From: Azolla caroliniana
Lineage: Eukaryota > Plantae > Polypodiophyta
Length of the DNA: 64,000 nt
NCBI GenBank assembly: GCA_043228905.1
Contig: JBHGNT010000008.1
Coordinates: 15,810,001-15,874,000, forward strand
Reading direction: 5' to 3'
Position numbers and translations under genes: made by a program. Shown here piece by piece: positions 31,820-45,980 of the stretch (position 1 is the first letter of the stretch; each line of letters starts with the position of its first letter). A model generated the notes under the pieces. The model did no database searches. It was not told the DNA's origin and saw only the letters and a program-made list of their open reading frames with translations.

Positions 31820-34483
31820 GGAGGATATGGTGATGGTGTTTCGGGGCAAGGGGGTTTAGTTTACATATTGCACCTGATGGATATACGAATATTTTGTCAA
31901 ATCGAATTCCCCAAACAGCTTAGGACAAGCATTGATGCATCGGAAAGGAACTAGACATGCGACAAACCCATCGTAAGGTTTCAAAATTACTTTGGATAGA
32001 CGTTCTGTTGGTTCATAGGGACGAACTACATATGGAATGGGGCAGTATAGACATGGATTTTATGTGTAAATTTGTGATTAATATGCAATCACTGTGAGGA
32101 AATGAGAGATTCTCTAATAAAGAGGAATAAGCACAACACACATAATATTCAAGCTTGCACTCCTACATTTTTCCTCTTTCATCTTCCATAGTCGATGATT
32201 GCCTTGAAAGATACTACCACGGAATTCTTCGGTAGACTTTGAATTATTGCTTGAGAATATGACTAGTGGGAGAGAGCCATGTATTGATGGCCAAATACAG
32301 TCTGAGATCCCTTTTTCTCCGTTTTAGTAGAGTATCTTTAAAAGTGAAGGGGTGTAATAAACACTACACTGGAGGTGGATCTTGACAGGAATTTTCGACG
32401 GAAATTTGAGTTGTGGTTGGCAGATACTTGAGCTCCAGGGTTTTCATTAGGCAATAGGTGGCAGTTTGCTAGTAAAGAAACCAATTTTCTTACATGAATG
32501 AGGGAGCTATGAGTTTGAGGAACCTAAAGCACTTGTCAGCACTTTTCGCACTAATGTGGGAAGGAGAATAGAGAGGTTGGGTAGCCTTTGGAATCCATGT
32601 GGTGAAACCGTCATGTTGTGATGGCATTTTGAATTTCTAAAAGTTCATGAGCGTCATTAAACACTTATATGTGAGCTATGAAATTCTATGGGGCAACTGA
32701 ATTATGGTAATTTGGTGATTCTACAATGTGTGATTGCCTTCTAAGTTCTTGGTAAGTTCCAATGGTTAATCCAGTATATGTGGAGGATTCTCCAAGTAAA
32801 ATACGTATGATAGAGAAATAGGGAGGTTTTCTCAGTGGGAATCTCAGGTCATTATTTTAAAAACAATATCATCACAAACCATATATCTAGTTTTTTGTTC
32901 GTTTGTGCTTAAATCCTCTCTAGAATTGTTCCATGAGCACCTTCATAATGGCCCACCTTGAAGTAGCAGCAAACACCTTCGCAATGGCCTTCACAACTTC
33001 ACTATTTTGGTCATCCTAACTTTGCCACATTGATCTTCTTCTAGTGGGTTTTACGAATATATTTTTCAATCCCAAGATGATCGTTCTAGTGCAATTGGTG
33101 TGAAATTGGATGAATGCTTGTAGTAGCAGATCCTTGAAAATATCCAATGTTTCTTTTACCACCCTCATAGATGCTAAATAGCATGTTCTAAGGAGAGAAT
33201 TGGTGTACAATTGGATCAATGCTTCTTGAATCCTTAGCAGCCAACCTTCTGAACAATGTGAATTTATCATTTCTGAAATGCAATTCAAATAGATGTGCAA
33301 GAAGAAGTTTTGTCTTGCTCTATTTTATATCAAATTGTCTTCAAAAGAGCCTCAATATCTACCTCAAATGCACAAAATACACATCGAGAAGAACTTTCAA
33401 TTGGCATGATACAATTTTCAATCTATACTAGGTAAGTCAAGACCAACTTAAGGTCAGTCAATATCTGTTCGTTGGAATGAGTTTGTAAATTGCCACCATT
33501 TGAGTTAGCTACTGCTTGAATAAGCTTACTAAAAAGGTAAGAAACCTCAGGAGAAAATTGCTGAAGACTAGTTACCATGTATATCAATTGGAGGTTTCTG
33601 ATTCTACGATATCTCAAAATTTAAGAGGTATTAGTCACTTGAATGTCAGAATCTATCACAAGTAGATGTGATTGTGTGTGCTACACGTACAAAATTCGAC
33701 ATTTTTAAAACACAAATGCACCCAATATCTACAAATAAAACATATGATACACAATACTCATTTGCCCTTCATTTGCTGCACTCTCACCAAATGTAACATA
33801 GTTATGGTTCAAACTACTCAACCTTGACACACTTCTAACATCAAACTTGATCATAATTCAATGGTTTAGGATGGAATTTTTGCAACTGTCAATCCCTACT
33901 TTAGTTCGTTTCAACCCATACTTCTTCTAGGTCGAGGAGTTGTGTGGCAATGTATAGAATGTTTGGCATGGTTTACGGTGTATGACAATGTTCACAAAAG
34001 GGTTTTTTGTGGGATTCAATCCATACTTTTTTCCATTTTTTATTTGGAATCAACCCTTGTTTTTTCCATACAGAGGACCTATGCTTGTGACAATACAGAC
34101 AAAGATGCAAACATTAGCACAACCTGAATTGAGAGTCATTGCAACAGATGTTCCATTTTTTCTATTCATAACATAGATTATGCCCTTAGCATAGAGTTAG
34201 ACACAAATACATTGGCTTTGCAGAGAGCTCTGCCTCCTTTACCAACCAGAGTATCCCTGGCGATTGATACTATGAGATATCGGTATCACTCTCATCCCTG
34301 CCTTACACAATCATTCCTCACATGTTGGTTTGGGAATGATGTGTTAATGTCAATAACATGAATGGTGACATCAAATGTTACCTTGTCACAATTCTTCAAT
34401 TCAAACACGTTGGATGGCGAGCTCTATTCTCTTTTCTAGCACATCTTTCTTTATCCATAAATTTGTGAGAATTTCCAGGCCAT

Positions 34484-36668
34484 TTAGACTTCAGCCAGTG
34501 ATTCCGCTTTCACCTTATTTGCTTCATCATCAGCACCTTCATTTTCGTCATCTTCATATTCTTCTTCATCGTCACCTTCTTCATAATCTTCATCACTATC
34601 GCTAACTTCATCCTTCAAAGAGGAAAACTCAGGTGGTCCCTCTGTCTTCTCGGTCATGGCTTTACCCCGAGTTATGACCAAATGCCTTATTACCCTTTCA
34701 TCTTTATCCAGAAGAGTTTTGAACTCATTGATTGCTTGAGCCTGTATCTGTATGTTCATCAAAATGTAGTTTGCGTTTTTTGCTTTTTGAATTTTGTATG
34801 CTAGTTTTCTCATGCCCCAATCATCCAGCCTCCAAATTCTCCCTTTCTTCTCTCTAACAAAATCTGTCAATACATGGAAACAACAGAGAATCACACTTGA
34901 TTCTTAATCAAAGTCTGGAAAGAAGAGGGGGAAAAAATTGTCTGTTGATAAACTAACCTTTCACCTTCTTAATCACATCCTGAAGTTCATCTACACGATT
35001 TTCATGTACAAGAAATACTGCCTCATAATGACGAGCTGTCCAAAATTTAAAAGTTTGCCTCATATTTCAAAGACATATCCAGGTTGTAGAAAAGAAGCAT
35101 AATTGAAGTAAAAACACTAACCTGCTTCAAAACCTTGTTTGCTCTCAAAAAGCAGCTTGAGTACTTCATTTGGTTCCTCTGAAGCAAAAGAATAATAAAA
35201 TACAGGAAGCGTAAGATAATACATATTACAGTCTCTGATGGAGATTATGCAAATGTGCTAAATTGCTTAATTGCAACTTGCAAAGGAAAGCTTAGAAATA
35301 CTGCGAACCATTTGTTCTTTGCCATCAGTCTTAATGCAATCAAAACAACAAAAAACGCCAAAAAACAGAGCAAGATATTGTGCTCAAATCTCTTAAAAGA
35401 ACCATCAATAAGAAAGATAAGACAAAACTGCAAATTATTTGTTTCTTAACAAGCAATCAGAAACACAACTCGAGAAAGCAGTGGAAGATACTGATTGACC
35501 CACTGCCAAATCTGTTAAACACGGCTTGCAAATGGAAAGAATAGACAATACCAGAAAACATTTGTTTCCTTCCAGCAGAGCCTCAAATGCAATCAAAACA
35601 CACATAAAAGCAAGAAATCATCCGAAGGTACTATGCACAAGTCTTAAATACTGCTAGCGGAAGGAAATAGTAGACAATGCTGCAAACCATTTGCTTTCTC
35701 CCAGCAGGATTAAAAGCAACCAAAATATAAAAGCGCAAGAAATCAATGAACAACACCGTGCCAATTCAGTTTAGCAGCTGTCATCCTTCCAAATCATGTT
35801 GTATTAGACCCAATGCAATGAGCACTTCATGTCAATGAAAGAGCTGGCAAAAGTTAAGATTAGACAATGCCACAAACTATTTGACCTAGCCAGCAGCCTT
35901 AAATGCAATAAAAAACATAAAAATATCACCATATGCGTTCTTTTATTGTTCTCTTACGGTATCACTGAATCACTTTTTTATGTTTACTTGATTCCTAGGA
36001 ACTCTTGAAATGAGGCAAAACAACATTGTGAGGACAATATGAACTTGGCCAAAGAATGGCCCTGGCCAGCCAGCCTCATCATTTGGAATGTGAATAGTCC
36101 ATTCCAATCAACACGGGATTCCAATGTGCCAAGAGATGTTGGCAACCTATGAAGTCACTTCTAAGTTATTGTTATTCTTTTTCTTCTTCAACACAATTGA
36201 GAAGCTAACAATTAAAACACCAAAAATAAGTCAGAAAACAATGCAAGATCCTCTCAAGTTAAGGCATAAACCAGAAAGTGTAGTTTCAAGTGATTGAAAC
36301 AGAAAACTGGAATTGCAAAAATTATATAAAACTTCACAATCAAAACACACAAGAAAGAAATGAAGAAATTTGAAGGCAGATCCTTCCAAATTTAAGAAAT
36401 AAACCAGACTTTATGCAAAGCGAACCTCGATCGATCTCGAATAAATCCGGCACTACAACCTTTTCTTTCTTCTTCAAAAGCTGTGGTTCAGGTTCAGGTT
36501 CAGGTTCAGGTTCAAGTACGGCAAGACAGACCTGAATAAGGACAGAGGAAAATTGTTTCTAAACGGAAATGAGTTATTCATGCAAAAAAGTCGGAAACAA
36601 CAGAGACACGAGAGAGAAAATAAGAAATTTGAACCAGAGAGAGCGAGAGAATAAGAAGAAGAAGATTG

Positions 36669-36706
<38 letters not shown>

Positions 36707-36850
36707 AACCAGAGGAGAAGAATAGGAGGATCGAATGTGCAGCGAAGAGAAGGAAGGGTTCTTCCAGGGAGATGAAGAGGCGGTGAGAGGGCGTGGAAGG
36801 TTGTGCAGGAAGCGAGGAGTGGCAGGAAGAAGGCAGTGCAAAGCTTCCAT
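34484..36850 (-). CDS. RFC3: RFC3-like plastid ribosomal protein bS6-family protein; exons 36850-36710, 36531-36426, 35178-35122, 35035-34958, 34863-34484
   Basis: Phase-consistent GT-AG model: transit peptide, then RHYEAVFLVHE..V.DFV.EKKGRIWRLDDWGMRKLAYKIQKA..ANYILMN..LDKDERVIRHLV and an acidic tail. Confidence 0.85.
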
Positions 36851-36949
36851 GGAAGCTTGGAGGAGAAGCAAGGAGGAGTAGAAGGAGAGAAGGTCACACA
36901 AATACACTGATACATAACATATATCCACAAGGGCTACACTGGATGGGCA

Positions 36950-37292
36950 TGTGGCCACATGGATGGATGGGCGGCCGATCAGATATGGACGGGCAGGCAG
37001 GTGGCAAGATGGGCGGGATGTTTTCCTCTAATTTGCCCTATGTATGCATGTGATGAATCAAAGATAAGAATGGTGGAGAGCATTGATGTCTAGGAACTAA
37101 AAACATGTGAACGCATGTGAACGGAGATGGGCATTTGGCTAGATGGATGGATGGGCGACCGATCGGATATGGGCAGGTAGGCAACCGGCAAGATGGGCGG
37201 GATGTTTTCCTCTAATTTGCCCTATGTATGCATGTGATGAATCAAAGATAAGAATGGTGGAGAGCATTGATGTCTGGGAACTGAAAGCATGT
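36950..37292. repeat. Direct duplication of ~165-180 bp immediately upstream of RFC3
   Basis: ATGGATGGATGGGCG.CCGATC.GATATGG...TTTTCCTCTAATTTGCCCTATGTATGCATGTGATGAATCAAAGATAAGAATGGTGGAGAGCATTGATGTCT occurs twice. Confidence 0.9.
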
Positions 37293-40200
37293 CAAGTCGG
37301 GTCGAGTGATCGTGAGGTAGATGAGACTCCCGATTAGTTATCAATACTAAGTCAGCTCACACTCTATGGTGCCGGAGTTGGCATCTAGTTTGAGGTTTCG
37401 ATCGAGAGGTGTTGCCACATATTTGCAGTCAATCATCTCCAACTTGTATAAGAAGCTGAGGATGTAGTCTTGTTGAGAGATCATAATGCCGCCCAGAGTC
37501 TGTATTACCTCGATGACAAGGAAGTAATGGAGCTCCTTCATGTCCGTCATCTCGAATTTGTCGGAGAGGAGGGACTTGACCTTGTTGATGTCGACCAGAC
37601 TTTCTCCGTCAATGACCAAATCATCCACGTATAGGATGATGACAATCAAACTTTAAGGTTTTAGAGAGGCTTCTTTAATCGGTAGATTGCTTTCGGACGG
37701 ATGTTGGATTCGAAGTTGAATGGTTGTACCATGTACACCTCCTCTTCTAATTCACCTTGAAGAAAGGCGTTCTTGACGTCCATTTGATGGAGGTGCCACC
37801 CTTTCGCCACTACAAGTGCAATCACGGTCTGCACAATCGTCATCTTTGCCATCGGGGCAAAGGTCTCTTCATAGATGTGTTTATGTGTATCCTTTTGCAT
37901 TGAGTTGGGCTTTGTAGCGATTGACAAAGTCGTCAGCATTATACTTCACTTTGTAAATCCATCTATAGTCGATTTCCTTCTTGTGAGGCGAGTGGGGGAT
38001 GAGATCCCATGTCTCATTCTTAGAGAGAGCTTGTATATCCTCGTTCATTACTTCGACCCGTCGTGGATCCTTCGTGGCTTCAGAAAAAATTTCTGGTTCT
38101 CAAACTGGTGCCACCTTCATCATAAAGGCATAGTGATGTGCCATATAGTCATTGTAGTTGAATCGGCTAACATGATTCTTTTCAAGGGTGGAGCGATAGA
38201 AATTTTCGTTTGCCGATGTGAGTGCTTTCTTAACTACAGGCGACCTCATAAGAGGCACATCAAAGCCACCGAGCTCACTGTCGAGTGAGTTAGTTGATTC
38301 ATTGTCGTCGAATAGACTGTCTTCATATTCTGGCATTTTGGCCTTCCCTTTGTCCATCTTTTGACTTGGCCGAGATGTGATTTGGTGGCTCGGGGGCTCT
38401 TGTGGCCCACTGAGCCTCGTTTTGATTGAACTTTCTTCGAACATATGCCTTAGTTTATCTTCGTCTTCTATCTCTTGGTTACCCAAGTTCAGGTCGACTA
38501 GAAATGGTTCGAGAGGAGTTGGCTCTGGTTCGTACCATGATGTTGATTCGTCGAAGATGACGTCTCAACTTACACAAACCTTCCGAATAGAGGGGTTAAA
38601 GCACTTGTACCCTTTTTGCTCCGATGACTATCCTATGAGGATACATTTCTCCGACTTGGGATCTAGCTTTTGCCACTTCTCGTCCGAGATGTGTACGTAT
38701 GCAAGTGAGTTGATTATCCTAACATGGGATAGATCCAGTTTCTTTCCATAATACTTCTCGTGAAGAGTGACCTCATGCACTCCAGATGTTGTGCACCGGT
38801 TCATGAGGTAGACGATAGTATTTGCAGCTTCCGCATATGCTTCTCGTTGATCATGGCCCGTGCTACTTCGAGGATGTGCCAATTCTTGTGTCCGGTTACA
38901 CTGTTCTGTTGCGGTGTGTGTTGGCAAGTGAATTCTCACCGAATTCCTTCTTGGCGAAGGTATGTCGTGAATGCATCTAAGAAGTATTCATTACCTCCGT
39001 CTAACCAAAGACATCGTACATGGTGGTTGGTTGTCTTTTCAACTCCGCTTTTGAATTTTTGGAAGTGTGAAAACACTTCGCTATTCATCCTCATGGGAAA
39101 GATCCATGTGAATCTAGAGAAGTCGTCGATGAAGGTAACATCGTACCGACATCCTTCAAATGTGGCCATTTGTGCCGGTCCCTACACATCCGAGTGGACT
39201 ACGTCCAATAGGCCTTTGCTCATGTTCCTCTCCTTCGGGAACGGGTGCCAATGTTGCTTGCCAAATTGGCATGCTCCACATACTCCTTCAATCTCTTTCT
39301 CTTTGAATGTCAGAAGTCCAATGACGACTCCTTTCGATTGCACCGCCTTGAGTTTGTTGAGATTGATATGGCCAATTATTTTATGCCATAGCTCTATGTC
39401 AGTGTCGGCTTTGAGGCCCTTTGCAAACATGGCTGATTTTACCTTGTTCAATTCAAGGATAAACATTCGGCCTTCCCTTCGACCACGAGCAATTAGTTGG
39501 CATTCCTTCTCGATGAAGCAACCACCTTGGTTGAATCAAACTTGCATCCCTTGCTCCACAATTTGGCCGACCAAGACCAAAATCTTCGTTATGGTGGGTA
39601 CATGCAAGACATTTTTTATACAAGTTTGTTTACCTTCTTTCCCGAATGGGACATTGCCGACATGCCAAATCGAATGAGTGGTGTCATCTCCGGTTTTGAC
39701 ATAGCCGGGTTGATCCAGCTCTCATAAGTCTTGGAACCATTCTTAATGAGACGTCATATGGTTCCAAACACCAGAGCCAATGAACCATACATCTTCCGGA
39801 TTGGAGGCATTAGTCGAAGTAGAGACCGACATAGAATTTTCTTTATGTCTCATCATGAACATTCTGCCATGGTCTTCATAGTCGAAGTTATGGCATAATT
39901 TGTGAGTTGTCAGCTTGTGGAAGCCGATTCACGCTTCTTCTTTCAGCACTCTTCTTCGTGGTGGCTAATTTTGCCGCAATATCCGCGTTCGATCGAGGTT
40001 TGTCGGCTCAGACTAGAATAGAAGCTCCCCCTTCTCCTGAAGGTTCCTCGATGGCTTCCATCTTGTTGCCGAAATTGGGAGTTGTTTTCGTATGTCGTGA
40101 AGATCCGTCACTACGCGCGGATCGTGAGGCGGAACCGCCGAGGTTGTGGACCGGAAGGATTCGAAGTTTACGCTAGTTTTAGCGAGAAAGTATTTAAGAT

Positions 40201-41990
40201 AGATTGAGAGAGATTGTTATGGCGAGAGAGAGATACTGAAATAAAGACTTAACTCTTGATTTTAGATTTGAGAGAGAAGATACATCAACAATAGGGTTAC
40301 AAGTCTCTTATTTGATCATCCAAAAAAATTTCATTAGCCCTTTCATCTTTTTCCTCCCCTCTTTTATAGATGCCCTCATGCATGTGAGGGTACAAGACAT
40401 GCATAAAATGCATGTTTGCCATTTTGCGCTCATGTATTACATGTGGTGCATGATAACCATGTCACTCATTTTAACTCTCATTTATGAGAATTTACATGTA
40501 AAGTTACAATAATAAAAATAAAATTCCAAGAAAATGTGTTGGCTTAGTGGTAAGCTTATTGACTCTCAATTTAGAGGTACAAGGTTGAAATCCTTACTAT
40601 CCCTCCTTATCTATATATTTACTTATTTATCCATCTAGCCGTCATCGGATTCTAGTTACCGTCCAGTCGTCACCGGCTCTGTCATCAGCTCACTGGTTTT
40701 GGTTGGCCAAAACCTTTACAAGTAGCCAAGCCACATCCATTCATCCAATAACTTAGTTCAAGTCACCTTGAACTCTCTATACTCCACACTTAAACACAAA
40801 GATAATAGCTTTTGCTCTACCTTATATATAGTGAGATCCTTATTTATCCTGTCTATGTGGGATATCTCACAATTTTATTTTTCTCTTTGTCTTTGCAAAC
40901 TTCCTACCCACATAAGTTGACACTTAGATGTCTGTTTCTTATTTAATAAAGTGCATCCGAAAGCTCTTCAAGACCTCCATCTTTTTGTACTAAGATATTA
41001 AACTTACTTAAAATTAGTATCTTCACTATTATTTTTTTATATGAATCACACTCGATTCCGTACGTTTTATGTGATTTTCACACCATTGCCAAAAATCTTC
41101 ACGACATCGTAAGTCGAATCTCGTCCGCCTCGTCCTTGGTCGAATCAGCCTCTTGCTCGACCGCATCCTCTTCCTCTGTTCGAATGTGTGTAGAGCATGT
41201 GGCCTTCCGAACATGGGTTTCTTCAACCAACGACCTGGATTGAAGATCGAAGAAAGATGGAGGATTCTCCCTTGCTAGTACGACGGTCCTCATCGTGCCA
41301 AACCATGGTGCAAGGCCACCGAGGCATATTTGCACCATCTCATCATCCTCCACATTGACGCTTATTGAGCCGAGTGAATCACAAAGCTCCTTGATATTCA
41401 AGGTGTAGCTTGTGATGGACATGTCTCTTTGTTGAATATTGTTTAACTCTTGGCGGAGTTTAAGCTTTTGTGTCGTCGTATTGGTCGCGAATATCTTCTT
41501 GAGATTCTCCCAAGCTTCCTTCGTCGTCTTGGCTTCCCGAATGTATCCAAGCATGTGGTCATGGACACATGTCGCCAAGTAATACATTACTCAACTTGCG
41601 GCTTGCTCCCATGTTGAGTATTCGGGAGTTGTTGGGTCGGGTCGATTTTCTTGTGCCCCTGTGATGTATAGCTCTAATAGCCTTGGCCGACAACGTATTG
41701 GTGCATCTTGTACTCCCAAGATGCAAAGTTGTTTCTATCCAACTTCTCGCTAGGGAGAGCGCTCCCCATTTGAGTATTCATTATGTCGATGAAGTTTTCC
41801 TTCTTCTTTTCTTTCTTTTTCGAACACGAGCTATGTAGTGGCACTACAATAGCGATGAGCCAGATTTCTTTGAATCATCGACGTAGACACAACACATGCG
41901 GATGGGCTAGATCGAGCTACCAAACCGCTCTGATACCATGTTAAGAATCGATGATGATTCTGTGCAACGGAATAAGTTAGAGATGTTTGT

Positions 41991-42047
<57 letters not shown>

Positions 42048-42346
42048 ACACAAGATAGATAGGAAATAAAAATACTCAAGAAGATTGTACATTACAAAGG
42101 ATATTAACCGACACATTACAAAGTAGGAGGAGGGTGCTTTATATAGTCACCCTTTCTCTTCATTAACTACAGAAGCTCATCCGTCATGGGGAATGTGGAA
42201 ACTCATTAGTTATGTGTCATAGAATATGATTCTATGACACATAGTTAATGTGTAGAGAGTAGTGGTGTGACTTTTGACCTTTGAGTGTTCATACATTCTC
42301 GAGGGTGTGTTCACACACTAGACTAGGTTGAGCTTGATTCTGAACA
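37293..42346 (-). mobile_element. 3'-truncated, degenerate Ty1/Copia element; 5' LTR 41939-42346, PBS (tRNA-Met-i) 41927-41938
   Basis: LTR has TGTTAAGAATC/GATTCTGAACA terminal repeats, followed by minus-strand TGGTATCAGAGC. Gag (AWENLKKIF), WHKIIGH, VHSDV, QMDVKNAFLQG and LYVDDL are present. Ends mid-RT at LIYLTITRPD. Related to the 57908-63514 family. Confidence 0.92.
39982..41082 (-). mobile_element. ~1.1-kb non-coding insertion interrupting the Copia gag; possibly a partial LTR of another family
   Basis: Gag homology stops at ~41083 and resumes at the zinc knuckle (YCGKISH) at ~39981. The insert begins TGTGAAAATC on the minus strand and has LTR-like CTTGTAACCCTA and (CT)n tracts. No TSD found. 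Confidence 0.45.
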
Positions 42347-45300
42347 TTATGGTTGGGGGATACTTTCATGCTCATCACATATGCAACACCTAGAGCTAAT
42401 GAGGAATGCATGTGGGAAAGACCTAGATCAAAAACCGTGTTGTTGAGACTACGATGACAATGACCTATGTTATGAAGACATAGTAGAGCATTTGGCCTTG
42501 GTAGATTGTGATTATCAATATCACCTTCCTATGGGACATAAATAGTAGTTTGTGATTCAATAGGTTGATGTCCAATTAGTAAGCTCACAACTCTAAATAA
42601 TTGGTTCAATATGTGTTAAGTATTTATTGAACATCTTTCCTCTAATGGTATGGTTCGAGGATACACTAAACAATCCTCATAGAAGTAGGGTAGTGGATGG
42701 ATATATTTTAATATTATCTTTAGAGGGCAAATATGACCCATGAGACTAGAATGTAGCATTTTCGTGCCATAATGAATTCAATGTTCAAGAACTTTATTAA
42801 TGAATATCACAATTGAGAGTGCACAATGTGATTGTGAGAGAAATTTGTGCAAGGAGTGGGTTGGTTGAAGATGTGTGGAAAGCATAGTCTAATGTGATCA
42901 AAGGCACAACATTGTTTCGAATGTGATGGGACATTCTCTAACATGAATTTAGATGTTAGACGATGGGACAGACTCTAACATGAATTTTTGTGAGCAATTT
43001 CCTCCTTTCGACAAAGCATATGGTTGTTTTTTTTGTGCAACACATGTGGTATAATATGTGAAGTGTGAACCTCCACATTTTTCTCATATTTGGTGTTATA
43101 AAAATACCTCCTTCGCAAAGGAATTTATTGATCCATCATGAAGCAAGTGTATTCCATCCCATTGTCCAAACCATTTTGCCATAGCTTGCATCCAACCAAA
43201 ACACAAAAATTTGCTTTTCTACATATTTTGGATCTTATTGATTGTTTCACATGGGAATTAAGGAAGTCGATATCACACACTTTTTTGAACCTTTAAGAAC
43301 CCTTTCCATGGTCATGATCTTGATGGCAATTGGCCCCTTCTAAAGAAATAGGAGGATATATGATGTTTGTTTCTTGATTCGGAGAAACTTTGTAAGAAAA
43401 TGCTTTTGGATATTTTCAAACCCATTCAAAGTAGTCTTAAGGATGCTACTACCCCATATGTACTTCCACCCTGTAGGCTATAGACAAGAATTGATGTTAA
43501 AAATGTATTTATTGAGGATCAAACATTTAATTTCTCCAACATTGTATGTGTTCTCAAATGCATAACATGATGTCTTTTATGCCTCTACGATTTCTACAGT
43601 TTCAATTGTGGTTTATTGATCTTCAGTTTGAGTCTTAATCAAGTGTACTTAAATCTAATCTCTCATTGTTTTATGTCAATTGTTATTTGTGTGAGTGGGT
43701 GATTAGATTTTGCTTTAGTGGCTAATGCATGCATGATATAGCGGAAGTGTAATGAACAACTACTCTCACTAGTCCCGCCCACAAGAGGATCAATAGTGAA
43801 ATGATGCCACACAATGTTCGCTTGATGTTTCTCACAAAGAACATCACCATTAAGACGCGAGTTTGGTAAACCATTGAAAAGTCGTCACACTCAACGTTAT
43901 TATGCTTGGACATTTAACAATCTTGTCGATGAAGAAAATGAGCATATGCCAATGATAAGCTAGTTCAATATAGACTTGTATACGGTTTTAAGAGGCCTAG
44001 TGGTGAGCATTTATTGTACATACATGTTGATTACACATTTTTTATGCCTTAAATGTTCCACATTGCATGAGTGTGCAAATTATGCATGCAATATCGACTG
44101 CAAGATGAAAGATGTTACTCAATATGTTATATCATAACCAAGTAAACATACAAATAATAAAGTTCGATATGACGCCTTTGTTAGTGTGGACTCGAGTTAA
44201 ACAAGAACAAGATCCAAATGGTTATTTGCAAAAGATAAGAGAGAATTCGCAACTAGTAAAAAATATGACATGGCCATTTCATGTAAGATTATGAATTATG
44301 AAGTTGATTGTAATCACAATATGGCATCGAGTTTCATACACTCGTCAAAATCCTCAAACTAATTGCTTGTCTTTTGATTGTTCATAAGAGCAAGAAGCTA
44401 AAGATTTTTATCACAAAAATCAGACACCCGATATACTAAGGATATTATGGCAAATAATAGTTGATCGATCACCATTTTAAAGTTGTAATCTATTGAAATT
44501 GTGAAACAATTTGGCATATGGTAGAGAAATTGCTACCATCATGGTGTTGGAATTGGAACAAAAACACAAGTGATTGGAATCTATCAATGTGAAGATAGAA
44601 AGGCATACATGTTACTTTTTCCTTCACGATGTACAAAAGAACACATTAATAATCTTGAGAGCCCACATACAAGTCAAACATTTGGCGGATAAAATGTAGA
44701 AGAATTTTTTGGGCTTCCACATTACTAATTGTAGTCATGGAGGTTACCCACTTGCCTTTTAACCCATTGGATGATGAAGAAATATAAAATAGCCTACATG
44801 CAAAATATGCCTAATGGTTTAGAATCAATCGAACATTTAATACACACAACTTTGTGATGCGTCATAATAAGTTTTCAATAAGGTGAGAGTTTTCGGGGCA
44901 TTGTCCAACAAGCTGCTATGAATTCATCTCATTTAAGTAGTCATTCATACATTTTATTTATAAGAACAAACTCTTGAATACTCAACTTTGTCTTTATATC
45001 CAATAATGCCCCTTAACGTTTTGTCTTTTTCCAAATGCCCTTGACCAACCTTCTAAAAGAGAGGAAAAGGGGATGGATTGACTAGGCAATTGCTCAACAA
45101 TAATGTTTAATTGATGAGCAAGTGGGATGAATTGACCATGCAATTGATCAAATAGTGTATATAATCGAGAAAAAGGGAATGAATTGACGCTAGGGTGATT
45201 GCAGGCTTCTGAAACAAGTGTAGTTAAAACACGTGCCACGTGTTGGGGTTGGCCAAAGAGTATCTTTAAAAAACGGCATGCAAAGTATGTGTTGTTCACA

Positions 45301-45849
45301 ATGGAGCTGAGATCGTGTTTTAAATTACATTTGTTTTATCGTGTATGACGAATCACGATAACCACCTATTCAGTAGTAGATAGAAAAAAGGGTAGAACTC
45401 AAGAGTCGTCATGAAGGTAAAAACAATACTCTGGTTTCTAGAATATGAACTCCCATGCTCTTTCCAAATCGTGACAAATGCCCATTTAGCAAACAATCAC
45501 CATGGGCTTCTGTATGTTCTAATTTCATTGTTTCGGGAGGCATGTGCAGAGGTGAGCGAACCTTACGGGTTTGGTTCACTCTTTCGGAGACAGTAGAAGA
45601 CAGGGGGTCTTTGGACGGGTGCCCTTTTGACGTCCATAAAGAGGCCAAGTTTTGACCTATGGGAGCCATCTCGTCCCATGATCTGGGCGGGCAGGCTTGT
45701 CCAAAGTATCGAGGCAACAAAGAGGGACGGATGGACGGTTCCAAAGGCCTTCGAGACCTTAGGGGGGACTCGGGGAGAGAGTGTGTGGCTCCCGGGCCGG
45801 GAAATGTCCGGGCGACCGGACCGGACCCGATCCGAGGAGGGTTTGGATC

Positions 45850-45980
45850 ATGATTTTTACTAGTCTTTATTATTATTAGGGTTTGGGATGATGGGTTTAC
45901 TAGTCTTTATGATTATTAGGGTTTGGGATGATGGTTTTACTAGTCTTTATGATTATTAGGGTTTTGAGGAAGATGATGGG
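45850..45980. repeat. 40-bp tandem repeat x3 containing telo-box TAGGGTTT, upstream of the ORP gene
   Basis: TTTACTAGTCTTTATGATTATTAGGGTTTGGGATGATGG repeated three times. Confidence 0.9.

Noticed and set aside
32200-33700. Short ORFs between the PPR and RFC3
   Set aside because: Fragmented and unassignable; a pseudogene is possible but unsupported without a search.
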